From: an uncultured Pseudomonadota bacterium
GTDB taxonomy: Bacteria; SAR324; NAC60-12
DNA: 18,890 nt
Direction of reading: 5' to 3'
Assembly: GCA_913020725.1 (NCBI GenBank)
Contig: CAJWCD010000073.1
Coordinates: 1 to 18,890 of the forward strand
Shown one piece after another: positions 6,657 to 16,990 of the stretch. Every line of letters starts with the position of its first letter. Position 1 is the first letter of the stretch. The position numbers and the translations under genes are program-made. A model generated the notes under the pieces. It saw only the letters and a list, made by a program, of their open reading frames with translations. It searched no databases and was not told the DNA's origin.

Positions 6657-7951
6657 TGCCTCGACCCAAATCGACTTACGGACTCGAAACCCTCGCAATC
6701 CATGCGGGGACGCCGCCAGACCCCACAACGGGCGCCCGCTCCTTTCCGATCTACCAAAGCACCGCCTACGTCTTTGAAGACGCGGATCACGCCGCCTCCC
6801 TGTTCAACCTCCAGACTCCCGGGTTCATTTACTCCCGGCTCACCAACCCGACGGTTGCCGCCCTTGAAGAACGGCTGGCGACCTTGGAAGGTGGACGTGG
6901 CGCAACCGCAACGTCTTCCGGACATGCGGCCGAAACGCTGGCCCTTTTTCCGCTGATGGCTCCGGGCATGGAGGTGATCGTTGCAGACCAACTCTATGGC
7001 GGCACCATCAACCTGATGGGCAAGAGCTTTCAGAAATTCGGCTGGCAGGCGGTGTTTGTGGATGCCACAAATCCGGATGCCTTCAAAAGGGTGCTCACCG
7101 AAAACACCCGCGCCATTTTCATCGAAAGCATCGCCAATCCCGCCGGAATGATGATGGATTTGGAGGCCATCGCCAAAGTCGCCAAGGATGCCACCGTGCC
7201 GCTCGTGGTGGACAACACGATGGCCACACCCGCGCTCTGCCGTCCGCTGGAATGGGGAGCGGACCTCGTGGTGCATTCCACCACCAAGTTTCTCTCCGGA
7301 CAGGGCAACGCGATGGGCGGAGTCGTGATTGATTCCGGGGAGTTCCCGTGGTTTGGCAACCCCAAATATCCCAGCTTGAGCACGCCTGCGCCGGAGTATC
7401 AGGGCATCACCTTCGCGGAAACCTTCGGCGATCTGGCCTACACGATGTACAGCCACGCGGTGTCGCTCCGGGATTTGGGCTGCACGCTTGCCCCGCTCAA
7501 CGCATGGTTGACGTTAAACGGCTGCGAAACCCTCACCCTGCGCATGGAACGGCACTGTGCCAATGCCCAGCAGGTGGCCAAATTTCTGGACGACCATCCG
7601 GCGGTCGAGTGGGTGTACTACGCCGGACTTCCCAAAAGCCCCAGTCATGGTCTCGCAAAAAAATACCTCTCCGGAGGCTTTGGGTCGGTCTTCACCTTTG
7701 GAGTGCGAGGTGGATACGACGCGGGCATCAAGGTCGTGGAGCAAGTCGAGTTGATCAGCCACGTTGCTAACATCGGAGACACGAAAACCCTCATCCTGCA
7801 CCCGGCTTCCACCACCCACCGCCAACTCACCGACCAGCAGCGCGTTGCTTGTGGAGCAGGTCCAGAAGTCCTGCGCATCTCTGTGGGGTTGGAGTGGGTG
7901 GACGATATCCTCCAAGACCTCGATCAAGCGCTTCAAAACGCTACCTCCTGA
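6656..7951 (+). CDS. metY: O-acetylhomoserine aminocarboxypropyltransferase (sulfhydrylase)
   Basis: ETLAIHAG, PIYQST, YSRLTNPT, SSGHAA, LYGGT, VDNT, PLP-lysine motif HSTTKF, ANIGDTKTLILHPASTTHRQL; 431 aa. Confidence 0.93.
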   Translation: MPRPKSTYGLETLAIHAGTPPDPTTGARSFPIYQSTAYVFEDADHAASLFNLQTPGFIYSRLTNPTVAALEERLATLEGGRGATATSSGHAAETLALFPLMAPGMEVIVADQLYGGTINLMGKSFQKFGWQAVFVDATNPDAFKRVLTENTRAIFIESIANPAGMMMDLEAIAKVAKDATVPLVVDNTMATPALCRPLEWGADLVVHSTTKFLSGQGNAMGGVVIDSGEFPWFGNPKYPSLSTPAPEYQGITFAETFGDLAYTMYSHAVSLRDLGCTLAPLNAWLTLNGCETLTLRMERHCANAQQVAKFLDDHPAVEWVYYAGLPKSPSHGLAKKYLSGGFGSVFTFGVRGGYDAGIKVVEQVELISHVANIGDTKTLILHPASTTHRQLTDQQRVACGAGPEVLRISVGLEWVDDILQDLDQALQNATS

Positions 7952-7957
7952 GTTCAT

Positions 7958-8953
7958 TTGAGAACCCTGCTCCTGCTTGCCATCTTTCTGGGCAGCTTCA
8001 TTGCTGGCTCAGGGTTCGTTGGATGGTTTGTGCAAGACAACCCGGGGCTGCCGCCGCTCATCCAAGTTTTCCTCAACACCATCACTCCGATTTTCCTGCT
8101 GGTGGCTATCGGCTATTTTGTGGGCCCGCGTCTGGAAGTGCAGTCCCGCAGCCTCACCAAGATCGCCTACTTCGTTTTTGTTCCGGCCTTCATTTTCAGC
8201 ACAATCAGCAACGCGACGGTTCCGGGATCGTTGTTTCTACTCATCCTCGGCTTCACGCTGGTTTTACAGCTTTCCATGGCCACGATTGCAGGATTAACCG
8301 GAGTGCTGCTGCGCCGTCCCAAGGAAATCGTTGCGGCGTTCATCATGGTTGCCGTTTTCCCTAACGTGGGAAATTTTGGGCTGGGCATTGTGGAGTTTCA
8401 TTTGGGTACGGAGGCGGTATTATTGGCGGCGGTGTATTTTCTGACCGTCTCGATGACCTCGTTCACGATCTCCGTGGCCGCCGCGAATTTAGTTCGACAC
8501 GGAGGACTGTCCGCGGTTTTGCAGGTTTTCCGAACTCCAGCCTTGCTGGCACTCTGGCCTGCGCTGGCGTTTTACATTTCTGGAGTGGAGGTGCCCCTCC
8601 TGCTCGAACGCATGACGGGGTTGCTCGGTCAGGCGATGGTGCCAGTCATGCTGGTGACTCTAGGAGTGCAGCTTGCCGAAATCGAGGAGATTCAGATCAC
8701 TTGGGAGGTCTGGGTGGCCACCGGCCTTCGACTCTTGGTGGGGCCTGGAATTGCTGTCTTGCTGATGCCGCTCTTTGGTTTGGAGGGCATCGCTCGCGCC
8801 GCCGGGGTTCTGCAATTCGCCATGCCCGCTGCCGTGCTAGTTGCCATTGTGGCAATGGAGCACAACCTTCAGCCTGCTTTTGCCACCACCACGGTGCTGG
8901 TTTCCACCATGTTAAGCCTGCTCACCCTGACCGTGCTGCTCACACTGGTCTAA
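7958..8953 (+). CDS. AEC (auxin efflux carrier) family transporter
   Basis: About 10 hydrophobic helices; YFVFVPAFIF, FPNVGNFGL, PVMLVTLG, AMPAAV, VLVSTMLS. Start position uncertain (TTG). Confidence 0.9.
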   Translation: MRTLLLLAIFLGSFIAGSGFVGWFVQDNPGLPPLIQVFLNTITPIFLLVAIGYFVGPRLEVQSRSLTKIAYFVFVPAFIFSTISNATVPGSLFLLILGFTLVLQLSMATIAGLTGVLLRRPKEIVAAFIMVAVFPNVGNFGLGIVEFHLGTEAVLLAAVYFLTVSMTSFTISVAAANLVRHGGLSAVLQVFRTPALLALWPALAFYISGVEVPLLLERMTGLLGQAMVPVMLVTLGVQLAEIEEIQITWEVWVATGLRLLVGPGIAVLLMPLFGLEGIARAAGVLQFAMPAAVLVAIVAMEHNLQPAFATTTVLVSTMLSLLTLTVLLTLV

Positions 8954-9003
8954 GGATAAAACCACGCACTGCGTGAAGGAGCACTTGTCTGGAAATTACT
9001 GGG

Positions 9004-9037
9004 AAAAGAGACGAGCTGCGGGAGCATCCCGCAGCTC
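9004..9037 (-). terminator. Terminator-like hairpin between the convergent AEC and flgE genes
   Basis: 11-bp perfect stem GAGCTGCGGGA-GCA-TCCCGCAGCTC (9013-9037), followed on the minus strand by GTCTCTTTT; 13 nt after the flgE stop. Confidence 0.7.
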
Positions 9038-9050
9038 AGGAGGAAAGCAA

Positions 9051-10535
9051 TTAGCGCTTCATGTTGACAAGATCAACAATCATCTCGTCACTGGTGGTCA
9101 CGGTCTTGGCGTTGGCCTGAAAGGCTCGTTGCGATTCGATCATTTTCACGAATTCCAGCGAGAGGTCCACGTTGGACTGCTCCAGCATCTGACTGCGAAC
9201 TTCGCCGAATCCGGCGGTTCCGGGTTCACCACTCACCTTTTTGCCGGAACTCAATGTTTCGACCAAAAGATTGTCGCCAAGCTGGGCGAGCTTACCTGGG
9301 TTGTCAAACTTGGTGAGGACGATGCGACCAATTGGGCGGTTGTATCCGGAATCAAAAACCCCAGTCACCGTGCCGTCCCCTTCGACGAAGATGCTCTCCA
9401 AATTTCCAGAGCCGTTGCCATCGGCACTGGCTTCGACAGTGTTGTACTTCCCGGCAAACTGGGTGATTCCATCCAAACCTGTCCGGGGATCCGTGGGATC
9501 GTCCGGATTGAAGCCGTCACCAAGGTGCAGGCCCAAGACGATCGGGTCCTCGCCGTTGAACGGCACCGCGAACTGCGGGACTCCGGTTTCCGGATCAACC
9601 GGCTGCGGAATCAAGCGGGGTGGCCCTCCCGGCAACGGCTGTCCGTCCGGACCGACTCCACCAGGTTGAGCCTCAAAGCTTCCGCTCGTAGCAGCGATCA
9701 GCTTGCCATCTCCAGTGAACTGCATGAACCCACCCCCCACCGCGAGCATCGTTCCGGGAACCTGTCCGAGCGAGGCTCCGTCAAACAGCAGGTAGTACTC
9801 CCACTGGTTGCGGACACCACTGCCCGGAACGGGCAGGCCCGTTGCCCCGTCCACCTGCTCCGGGAGATCCGGACGCTTGCGGAAGACCACGGAGGCCGTG
9901 TGCGTGTTCCCATACTGGTCGTACACCGTCGTCGAGGTCGTATAGTTATACATCGTGTCCCGAACGTTGGTGGGATCGAAAGGCACGTCCTTCACCACGG
10001 CGTTCGCGTCCAAATTGGCCGCGATTTTCATACCCGTGTTGTTACGTCCATCTCCTGACGGTTGCGGCGGGTCCACCAGTCCCAAAATCTTCAGCGACCC
10101 CGGCAACCCCTTGCTCTCCTTGGTGATCCGGTCCACCTCTAAGGCTTGCACCCGATAACCCCGTGGAGTGGCCAAGAATCCGTCCTTGTCATACGACATC
10201 TGCCCATTTCTGGTGAAGTACTCATTGCTCGTGCTGGGGTCAATCACCGTGAAATAGCCACTTCCAGCGATGGCCAAGTCCGTTGTGAGCTGAGTGCTTT
10301 CCAAGGCACCCTGAGAGACTTCCATCTCAACGCTACCAATCTTCACCCCGTTGCTGACTTTGGTGAACGAGAGGCCTTGCGGATAGTCGTTGCCGAGCAG
10401 GTCTTCAAAGGCGATGATGTTGCGTTTGAAGCCGAAAGTGTTGACGTTCGAGATGTTGTTACCCGTGACCTGCATGGCTTTGCCATAGGTCTTGACACCG
10501 CTTGCGCCTGTTTGAAGAGCTCCCAGAAGGGCCAT
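9051..10535 (-). CDS. flgE: Flagellar hook protein
   Basis: GNNISNVNTFGFK, TDLAIAGSGYF, TRNG, LEQSNVDLS..FVKMIESQRAFQANAKTVTTSDEM; RBS AAGGAG; downstream of flgD. Confidence 0.96.
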   Translation of the reverse strand: MALLGALQTGASGVKTYGKAMQVTGNNISNVNTFGFKRNIIAFEDLLGNDYPQGLSFTKVSNGVKIGSVEMEVSQGALESTQLTTDLAIAGSGYFTVIDPSTSNEYFTRNGQMSYDKDGFLATPRGYRVQALEVDRITKESKGLPGSLKILGLVDPPQPSGDGRNNTGMKIAANLDANAVVKDVPFDPTNVRDTMYNYTTSTTVYDQYGNTHTASVVFRKRPDLPEQVDGATGLPVPGSGVRNQWEYYLLFDGASLGQVPGTMLAVGGGFMQFTGDGKLIAATSGSFEAQPGGVGPDGQPLPGGPPRLIPQPVDPETGVPQFAVPFNGEDPIVLGLHLGDGFNPDDPTDPRTGLDGITQFAGKYNTVEASADGNGSGNLESIFVEGDGTVTGVFDSGYNRPIGRIVLTKFDNPGKLAQLGDNLLVETLSSGKKVSGEPGTAGFGEVRSQMLEQSNVDLSLEFVKMIESQRAFQANAKTVTTSDEMIVDLVNMKR

Positions 10536-10597
10536 GTATGCGCTCCTTGTTCAGGTTATGGGGCGTGCTGCCCCGGAGTTAAAATCGTCTGTGAAAA

Positions 10598-11386
10598 TCA
10601 ATCCTCTACCTGCAGTTGCCGACGCTGGAGTTCCACCAGCGTGGCTGCGGGCAGCAAATCTTCTTTGAGAGGCAGCGGGGTGGCTTGCCCAAAGCGACGT
10701 TCGCTCAGGTTGCTCATCCCCATAATCTTGTTGGCCACAATCCAATCACCGTTGATCTTCACCAGCGGTTGCTCGCCATCGAAGCGCACTCCGGCAACCA
10801 TCCCGACCTTGGAGATCACCACGGGAACCTCGCCGCTTTCGGCAGTCTTGGCGACAACATCAAAGCGGTAGTTGCCATCCGGCATGGTGTCGCCGTCGCC
10901 GTCAAGTCCATCCCAGACAAATTGGTGTTCGCCCATGCCTTGAGCCTTGAGGTCCACACGGCGCACGAGGTCTCCTCCAGTGCCGAAGACATGCACCGCG
11001 ACCCGTTCGGCATCGCCTTGTAGTTTGAAGCTGACAGGCTGCGTCACCCCACTCTGCACCGACAGGCTGGTCGAACCCACTTCCACATCGCGTCCGAGCA
11101 GGCTGCTGGCGCTGGCGCGAGCGATTTGCTTCTGCAAGCCAATCAACTGCCGGGTTTGGGCGTTGAGGTTCTGCAACTGTTCAACGGTTCCCAGAGACGC
11201 CATCTGCTGCATCATCTGCTCCGGCTTCATTGGATCGGTGGGATCCTGATTAGCCAACTGGGTCATCAGCAGGTTCAGAAAATCCTGCTTACCCAACTCA
11301 CGGTTGTCCGCCGTTCCCCGAGCGGTCATGTTCTGCTGGGTGGATTTAGCAGTGGTGATGGCCTGCTGGACTTGACTTGCTTGCAT
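10598..11386 (-). CDS. flgD: Flagellar hook capping protein
   Basis: LGKQDFLNLLMTQLANQDPTDPM and Ig-like motif FVWDG....G..MPDGNY. Confidence 0.95.
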   Translation of the reverse strand: MQASQVQQAITTAKSTQQNMTARGTADNRELGKQDFLNLLMTQLANQDPTDPMKPEQMMQQMASLGTVEQLQNLNAQTRQLIGLQKQIARASASSLLGRDVEVGSTSLSVQSGVTQPVSFKLQGDAERVAVHVFGTGGDLVRRVDLKAQGMGEHQFVWDGLDGDGDTMPDGNYRFDVVAKTAESGEVPVVISKVGMVAGVRFDGEQPLVKINGDWIVANKIMGMSNLSERRFGQATPLPLKEDLLPAATLVELQRRQLQVED

Positions 11387-11389
11387 GTT

Positions 11390-11431
11390 CAGTTATTAGT
11401 TAGCAGTTAGCAGTTATCACTGTTCATTGTG
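11390..11431. repeat. Heptamer tandem repeat filling the fliK-flgD spacer
   Basis: CAGTTAT TAGTTAG CAGTTAG CAGTTAT CACTGTT CATTGTG, in exact 7-nt register. Confidence 0.8.
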
Positions 11432-12736
11432 TTAGGCGAGGACACTCAAGCTGCCGTCGTGGCGCGGTGTCCGGGGGGTGTTGAGTACGGAATCTGCTTC
11501 CGTTTCGCCGGGCCGGATGTTGCCAACCAGTTCTTCATGAAACGCTTCTTGTTGCGCCTGCTGTTGTGATCCGCGTTGATCCACGTTGACGTTCATTCGC
11601 ATCTCCTGATAGGCGAATTCCTGATCAAGGAACCGACTGCGCAGGGTGTCAAACCCGGCTTCGATCATTTGCTTGGCGGCGGGGTTGTCCACCCGCATCT
11701 CAACGGTGAGTTGGTTGCCGGCCTGCCGAACCTTCAGCAACACACGCCCCAAGTGCTCCGGTTCCATCCGCAGGGTGATTTCCTGCGTTTCACCGTTGCT
11801 CATCACACGGACTCGGCTGACGACCTGCTCGATGTCAAAGGGAAGGTCTTGCGAGGCTTGCAAGATCGGAACTTCCTTCACGGAGGCTCCGGCTTCCATG
11901 CGAACCATAGCCGCGTCTATAGCCAACGGGGCAATCACCGAACTGGTGTTGGACTGCACGGCTTGCGCTTCCGGAGTGCGGGTCAGCACCTGATTCAGGT
12001 CGCGCATGGAAAATTCAAACCGCTCCGCCTCTCCTGTTTTGGCATACAGCGCTTGACGTGCCGCTGAAAGCTGTGACGGCTCAAGCTCTTCGACCGGAAC
12101 CTCTGCAAGCCTAGACTGCGCCAGCACGTCCTTGGCCTTCAGTGGTTCGGCTTCCGGAAGGTGACGTGTTTCCTGCGGCGACCGCAGAAAACGTTCAAAC
12201 TCCGGCAGGTCCATGTCTTCCTTGGCCACCTCCTCGGTAAAAACTTGTTCTTCAAGGCTGGGAGCAGGGCGCATCGTCTCAAAATCGGCGATACGAGGAT
12301 CAGGCACCTCCAACACCTCGGACTTGAGGGCCGTTGTGTTCTGGAAGTACTCGGACTTGAGTGTTTCCGGAGTCTTGGGCAATGACTGGAATCCGGGAAA
12401 GTCCTTGCGGGGGTTGAGTGCTGCTCCGGATGCACGAAGATCTTCGGAAAGGACGTTCGGGGCCAAGGCGGCCAGCAGGAAATCCTCGTCGTCGCCAAAT
12501 TTATCTTCCGCTTGGAAGTCGGCAAACGCCTCCGCCGAAAACTCGCCCTCCAGAGTTTCGGAGAGTTCCGAGGCTTGGGCAGCTTCCAATGCCCAAGCGA
12601 GGTCTGGCTCACCTGAGGCTCCATTCAAGAGAGCCTCAAATTCAGAATGTGTTTGGGAAGACTCGGCGGCCTCACCCCCAGCGGCTGCCGGGTTGGGCGT
12701 AGACGGGGTTTGCCCCGTCATCGAGGGAATCAACAC
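11432..12736 (-). CDS. fliK: Flagellar hook-length control protein
   Basis: Long acidic, low-complexity N-terminus and C-terminal T3S4 domain ITLRMEPEHLGRV...LRSRF; upstream of flgD. Start placed at GTG 12736 behind GAAAGGA; the track's TTG 12805 overlaps motE. Confidence 0.88.
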   Translation of the reverse strand: MLIPSMTGQTPSTPNPAAAGGEAAESSQTHSEFEALLNGASGEPDLAWALEAAQASELSETLEGEFSAEAFADFQAEDKFGDDEDFLLAALAPNVLSEDLRASGAALNPRKDFPGFQSLPKTPETLKSEYFQNTTALKSEVLEVPDPRIADFETMRPAPSLEEQVFTEEVAKEDMDLPEFERFLRSPQETRHLPEAEPLKAKDVLAQSRLAEVPVEELEPSQLSAARQALYAKTGEAERFEFSMRDLNQVLTRTPEAQAVQSNTSSVIAPLAIDAAMVRMEAGASVKEVPILQASQDLPFDIEQVVSRVRVMSNGETQEITLRMEPEHLGRVLLKVRQAGNQLTVEMRVDNPAAKQMIEAGFDTLRSRFLDQEFAYQEMRMNVNVDQRGSQQQAQQEAFHEELVGNIRPGETEADSVLNTPRTPRHDGSLSVLA

Positions 12737-12782
12737 GTTGGCGTCCTTTCCGAAGACCCTCCGCCACCGTGCTGAGGGTCGT

Positions 12783-13370
12783 TTATTTGTTGGTGATCTC
12801 GGCAATCAGCTCAGCAGATTTGTCTGGCCCCATGTTGCCCAGCACCTCCGCGGCTTGCTTGTCCTTCATCCGAATGAGGATGCGGACTGCCGTTGACTGA
12901 TCGAGCTTTGCAATGGACTGTGCCGCCGTGGCGGCGTCCATCTTAGCGTAAAACGAGACGGCCTTGTCCAGTTTCACTTGATCTTGCGACTTCTTCTTAG
13001 AGATGTCGTCCGCAATCTTCTTTTGGAGTTTCTCCAGTTGGCTAATCTGCCGCTGGATGTCCTCCTGCAACGCCTTGAACTGCGCCTCTCGCCGGGAGAG
13101 GTCTGTCTCCCGTTGCTTGATCTGCTCCGACTGCTCAACGAGCCGAGAGAGGATTTGCTTTTCCGTCTCCGTGAACTCGCGCTTTTTCGGTGCGTCTCCT
13201 GCCGAATCCTTGGGAGGCCCGGCGCAGAACTCCAGTCCGTAATCCCGGCAGAGTGCCTTGACCGATTCTGAAAGATCATCTAGCGAAGTGGGTATGCTAT
13301 AAGCGGGCCTTGCCTGACAAGTCACCACCAAGAAAACTCCCAAGGCGATCAATTTATTTGTGGTTTTCAT
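12783..13370 (-). CDS. motE: MotE/YlxF-family flagellar protein (MgtE-N-like C-terminal domain)
   Basis: Signal peptide, coiled coil, then YAKMDAATAAQSIAKLD...ILIRMKDKQAAEVLGNMGPDKSAEL; canonical position between fliJ and fliK. Confidence 0.8.
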   Translation of the reverse strand: MKTTNKLIALGVFLVVTCQARPAYSIPTSLDDLSESVKALCRDYGLEFCAGPPKDSAGDAPKKREFTETEKQILSRLVEQSEQIKQRETDLSRREAQFKALQEDIQRQISQLEKLQKKIADDISKKKSQDQVKLDKAVSFYAKMDAATAAQSIAKLDQSTAVRILIRMKDKQAAEVLGNMGPDKSAELIAEITNK

Positions 13371-13444
13371 GACACTTGCTGGTTTTTGGTCTTCAACTGT
13401 GAGGTTAAATTTTCATCGTTGCAGGTCTGTTTTGCAAACCTGAC

Positions 13445-13888
13445 TTAGGTAACTGGAGGTCTGCGCCAGAGATTCTGGGCAATTTCATCCGCTTCCATGC
13501 CCTCTTCGCGTTCCTCTATTTCGCGCTCTTCGCGCTCCTGTTTTTCTTGGAGGATTTCCAGAACACGCTTCTTCTGGGTGGCTCCAATCAGTTCCTGTTG
13601 CTTGACCTCCACCATCTGTGCTTGCTGCTGGATTTGCTCATCCGAGATTTCAATCAGGTATTGCAGTCGCTGCTCGAAGCGATCCCGGACTTGCAGTTGG
13701 GGCATCGTGAACCCGTGCTGCTTCGAGTTGTCCAACGCGCTGCCGTTTTCGGACCGGCTCTCGTGCAGCACTTGGCGTTGGTCCAGCAGTTTTTGATAGA
13801 TCTGCACTTCTTGAGCAAGTGCTTTTTGGTAGAGTTTCTCTAGGCGTTCTCTCACTTTCAAGGCGGTCTGCAACCGAAATTTCTTCAC
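13445..13888 (-). CDS. fliJ: Flagellar export protein FliJ
   Basis: KKFRLQTALKVRERLE N-terminus, coiled coil, KRVLEILQEK...ADE C-terminus; 147 aa; GTG start overlaps the rlmB stop. Confidence 0.85.
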   Translation of the reverse strand: MKKFRLQTALKVRERLEKLYQKALAQEVQIYQKLLDQRQVLHESRSENGSALDNSKQHGFTMPQLQVRDRFEQRLQYLIEISDEQIQQQAQMVEVKQQELIGATQKKRVLEILQEKQEREEREIEEREEGMEADEIAQNLWRRPPVT

Positions 13889-14721
13889 GACACGAACTCA
13901 GAGGAATGGCCAGCAGGTGCTGTTTGCAAGGGAGTTGCAAATTCCGGGACACTCACGGTGTTCCGCAAGTGATAGCAGGTGACTGCAGCGGCGTTGCTCA
14001 CGTTGAGCGATTCCACCTCCGGTGTTCCCGGAATGCTCACCAGCCAGTCGCAGCTACGTTTCGTCAAGGGGCGCAATCCGCTGCCTTCGGCACCCAACAC
14101 CACCATCAGCGGACGATCCCATGCCAGTTGCCGGAGGGGGTTTCGGGATGCACCGTCCAGTCCGACCACCCAGTAGCCGCGCTTTTTCTGCCCCTCCAAA
14201 AAACGATGCAAGTTCGTGACGCTCACCACCGGGAACCATTCGAGTGCGCCCACCGAAGCCTTGGCCGCAACTGGCGAGAGGGCGGCTGCACGATCCTTGG
14301 GGATCACCACTGCACCGACTCCGAAAAAACCGAGCGTCCGCACAATCGCTCCCAGATTGTGTGGGTCTTCCACGCCATCCAGCACAAACACCAGATTCGG
14401 CTTGCCGGAATTGAGAGCGGGCAGTTCCGCTTCGTCAAGCAGGGGCAGCGGACCACACTGCAAGGCAACCCCTTGGTGGACCGACTCCCCCAAATTGTCA
14501 CTGAACCAGCGAGGAGTTTCATAATGGATTGGCACTCCGGATTTTTTTGCAGCCTCGGCCACAGCTTGCAAGCGATCTTTCCCGGAATCCTTCAGGTGCA
14601 ACCCGACTAGCTTGCGGCGCTTGTGCCGGAGTGCCGCCAACACCGGATGGGTGCCATAAAGCCATTCCAACTCCTGCTGGCGTTTCCGGGAGTTAAAGTG
14701 ACGCTGAGGTGCGGTTTTCAT
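13885..14721 (-). CDS. rlmB: 23S rRNA 2'-O-methyltransferase, TrmH/SpoU family
   Basis: LYGTHPV, HQGV, LDGVEDPHNLGAIVRT, LGAEGSGLR, ESLNVSNAAAV; ATG 14721 preferred. Confidence 0.9.
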   Translation of the reverse strand: MKTAPQRHFNSRKRQQELEWLYGTHPVLAALRHKRRKLVGLHLKDSGKDRLQAVAEAAKKSGVPIHYETPRWFSDNLGESVHQGVALQCGPLPLLDEAELPALNSGKPNLVFVLDGVEDPHNLGAIVRTLGFFGVGAVVIPKDRAAALSPVAAKASVGALEWFPVVSVTNLHRFLEGQKKRGYWVVGLDGASRNPLRQLAWDRPLMVVLGAEGSGLRPLTKRSCDWLVSIPGTPEVESLNVSNAAAVTCYHLRNTVSVPEFATPLQTAPAGHSSEFVS

Positions 14722-14835
14722 CGTTTTGAAGCAAAGCACTCAAAGCATGGAGTTTTCCCGATTTTTGGGGAGAATGACAAGTCGTCTGTGGATTTTCCGC
14801 AAAAACCGATGGCAACTTTCTGGAGGTTTGCCTAA

Positions 14836-16833
<1,998 letters not shown>

Positions 16834-16863
16834 TGATTTCGCAAAAAACACCTAAACATTGAT

Positions 16864-16933
16864 TCACCACAGAGGACACAGATAATTGTTTTTACAGGAT
16901 TTTTTCTCTGCGCTCTCTGCGTCTCTGCGGTGA
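16864..16933. repeat. Palindromic intergenic element built from 8-9-nt CTCTGCG units
   Basis: Left arm TCACCACAGAG-GACACAGA, AT-rich spacer, right arm CTCTGCGCT-CTCTGCGT-CTCTGCGGTGA; terminal inverted repeat 10/11. Confidence 0.8.
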
Positions 16934-16990
16934 GTTTTCACGATTTTTCACTTCTTACGGAATCGTCAACCTCTAGCTTTCTGAAACCAC

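Noticed and set aside
6650..7456. 268-aa minus-strand ORF
   Set aside because: Antisense shadow of metY.
8973..10058. 361-aa plus-strand ORF preceded by no clear RBS
   Set aside because: Antisense shadow of flgE; long reverse-frame ORFs are common in GC-rich genes.
13819..14610. 263-aa plus-strand ORF
   Set aside because: Antisense shadow of rlmB.
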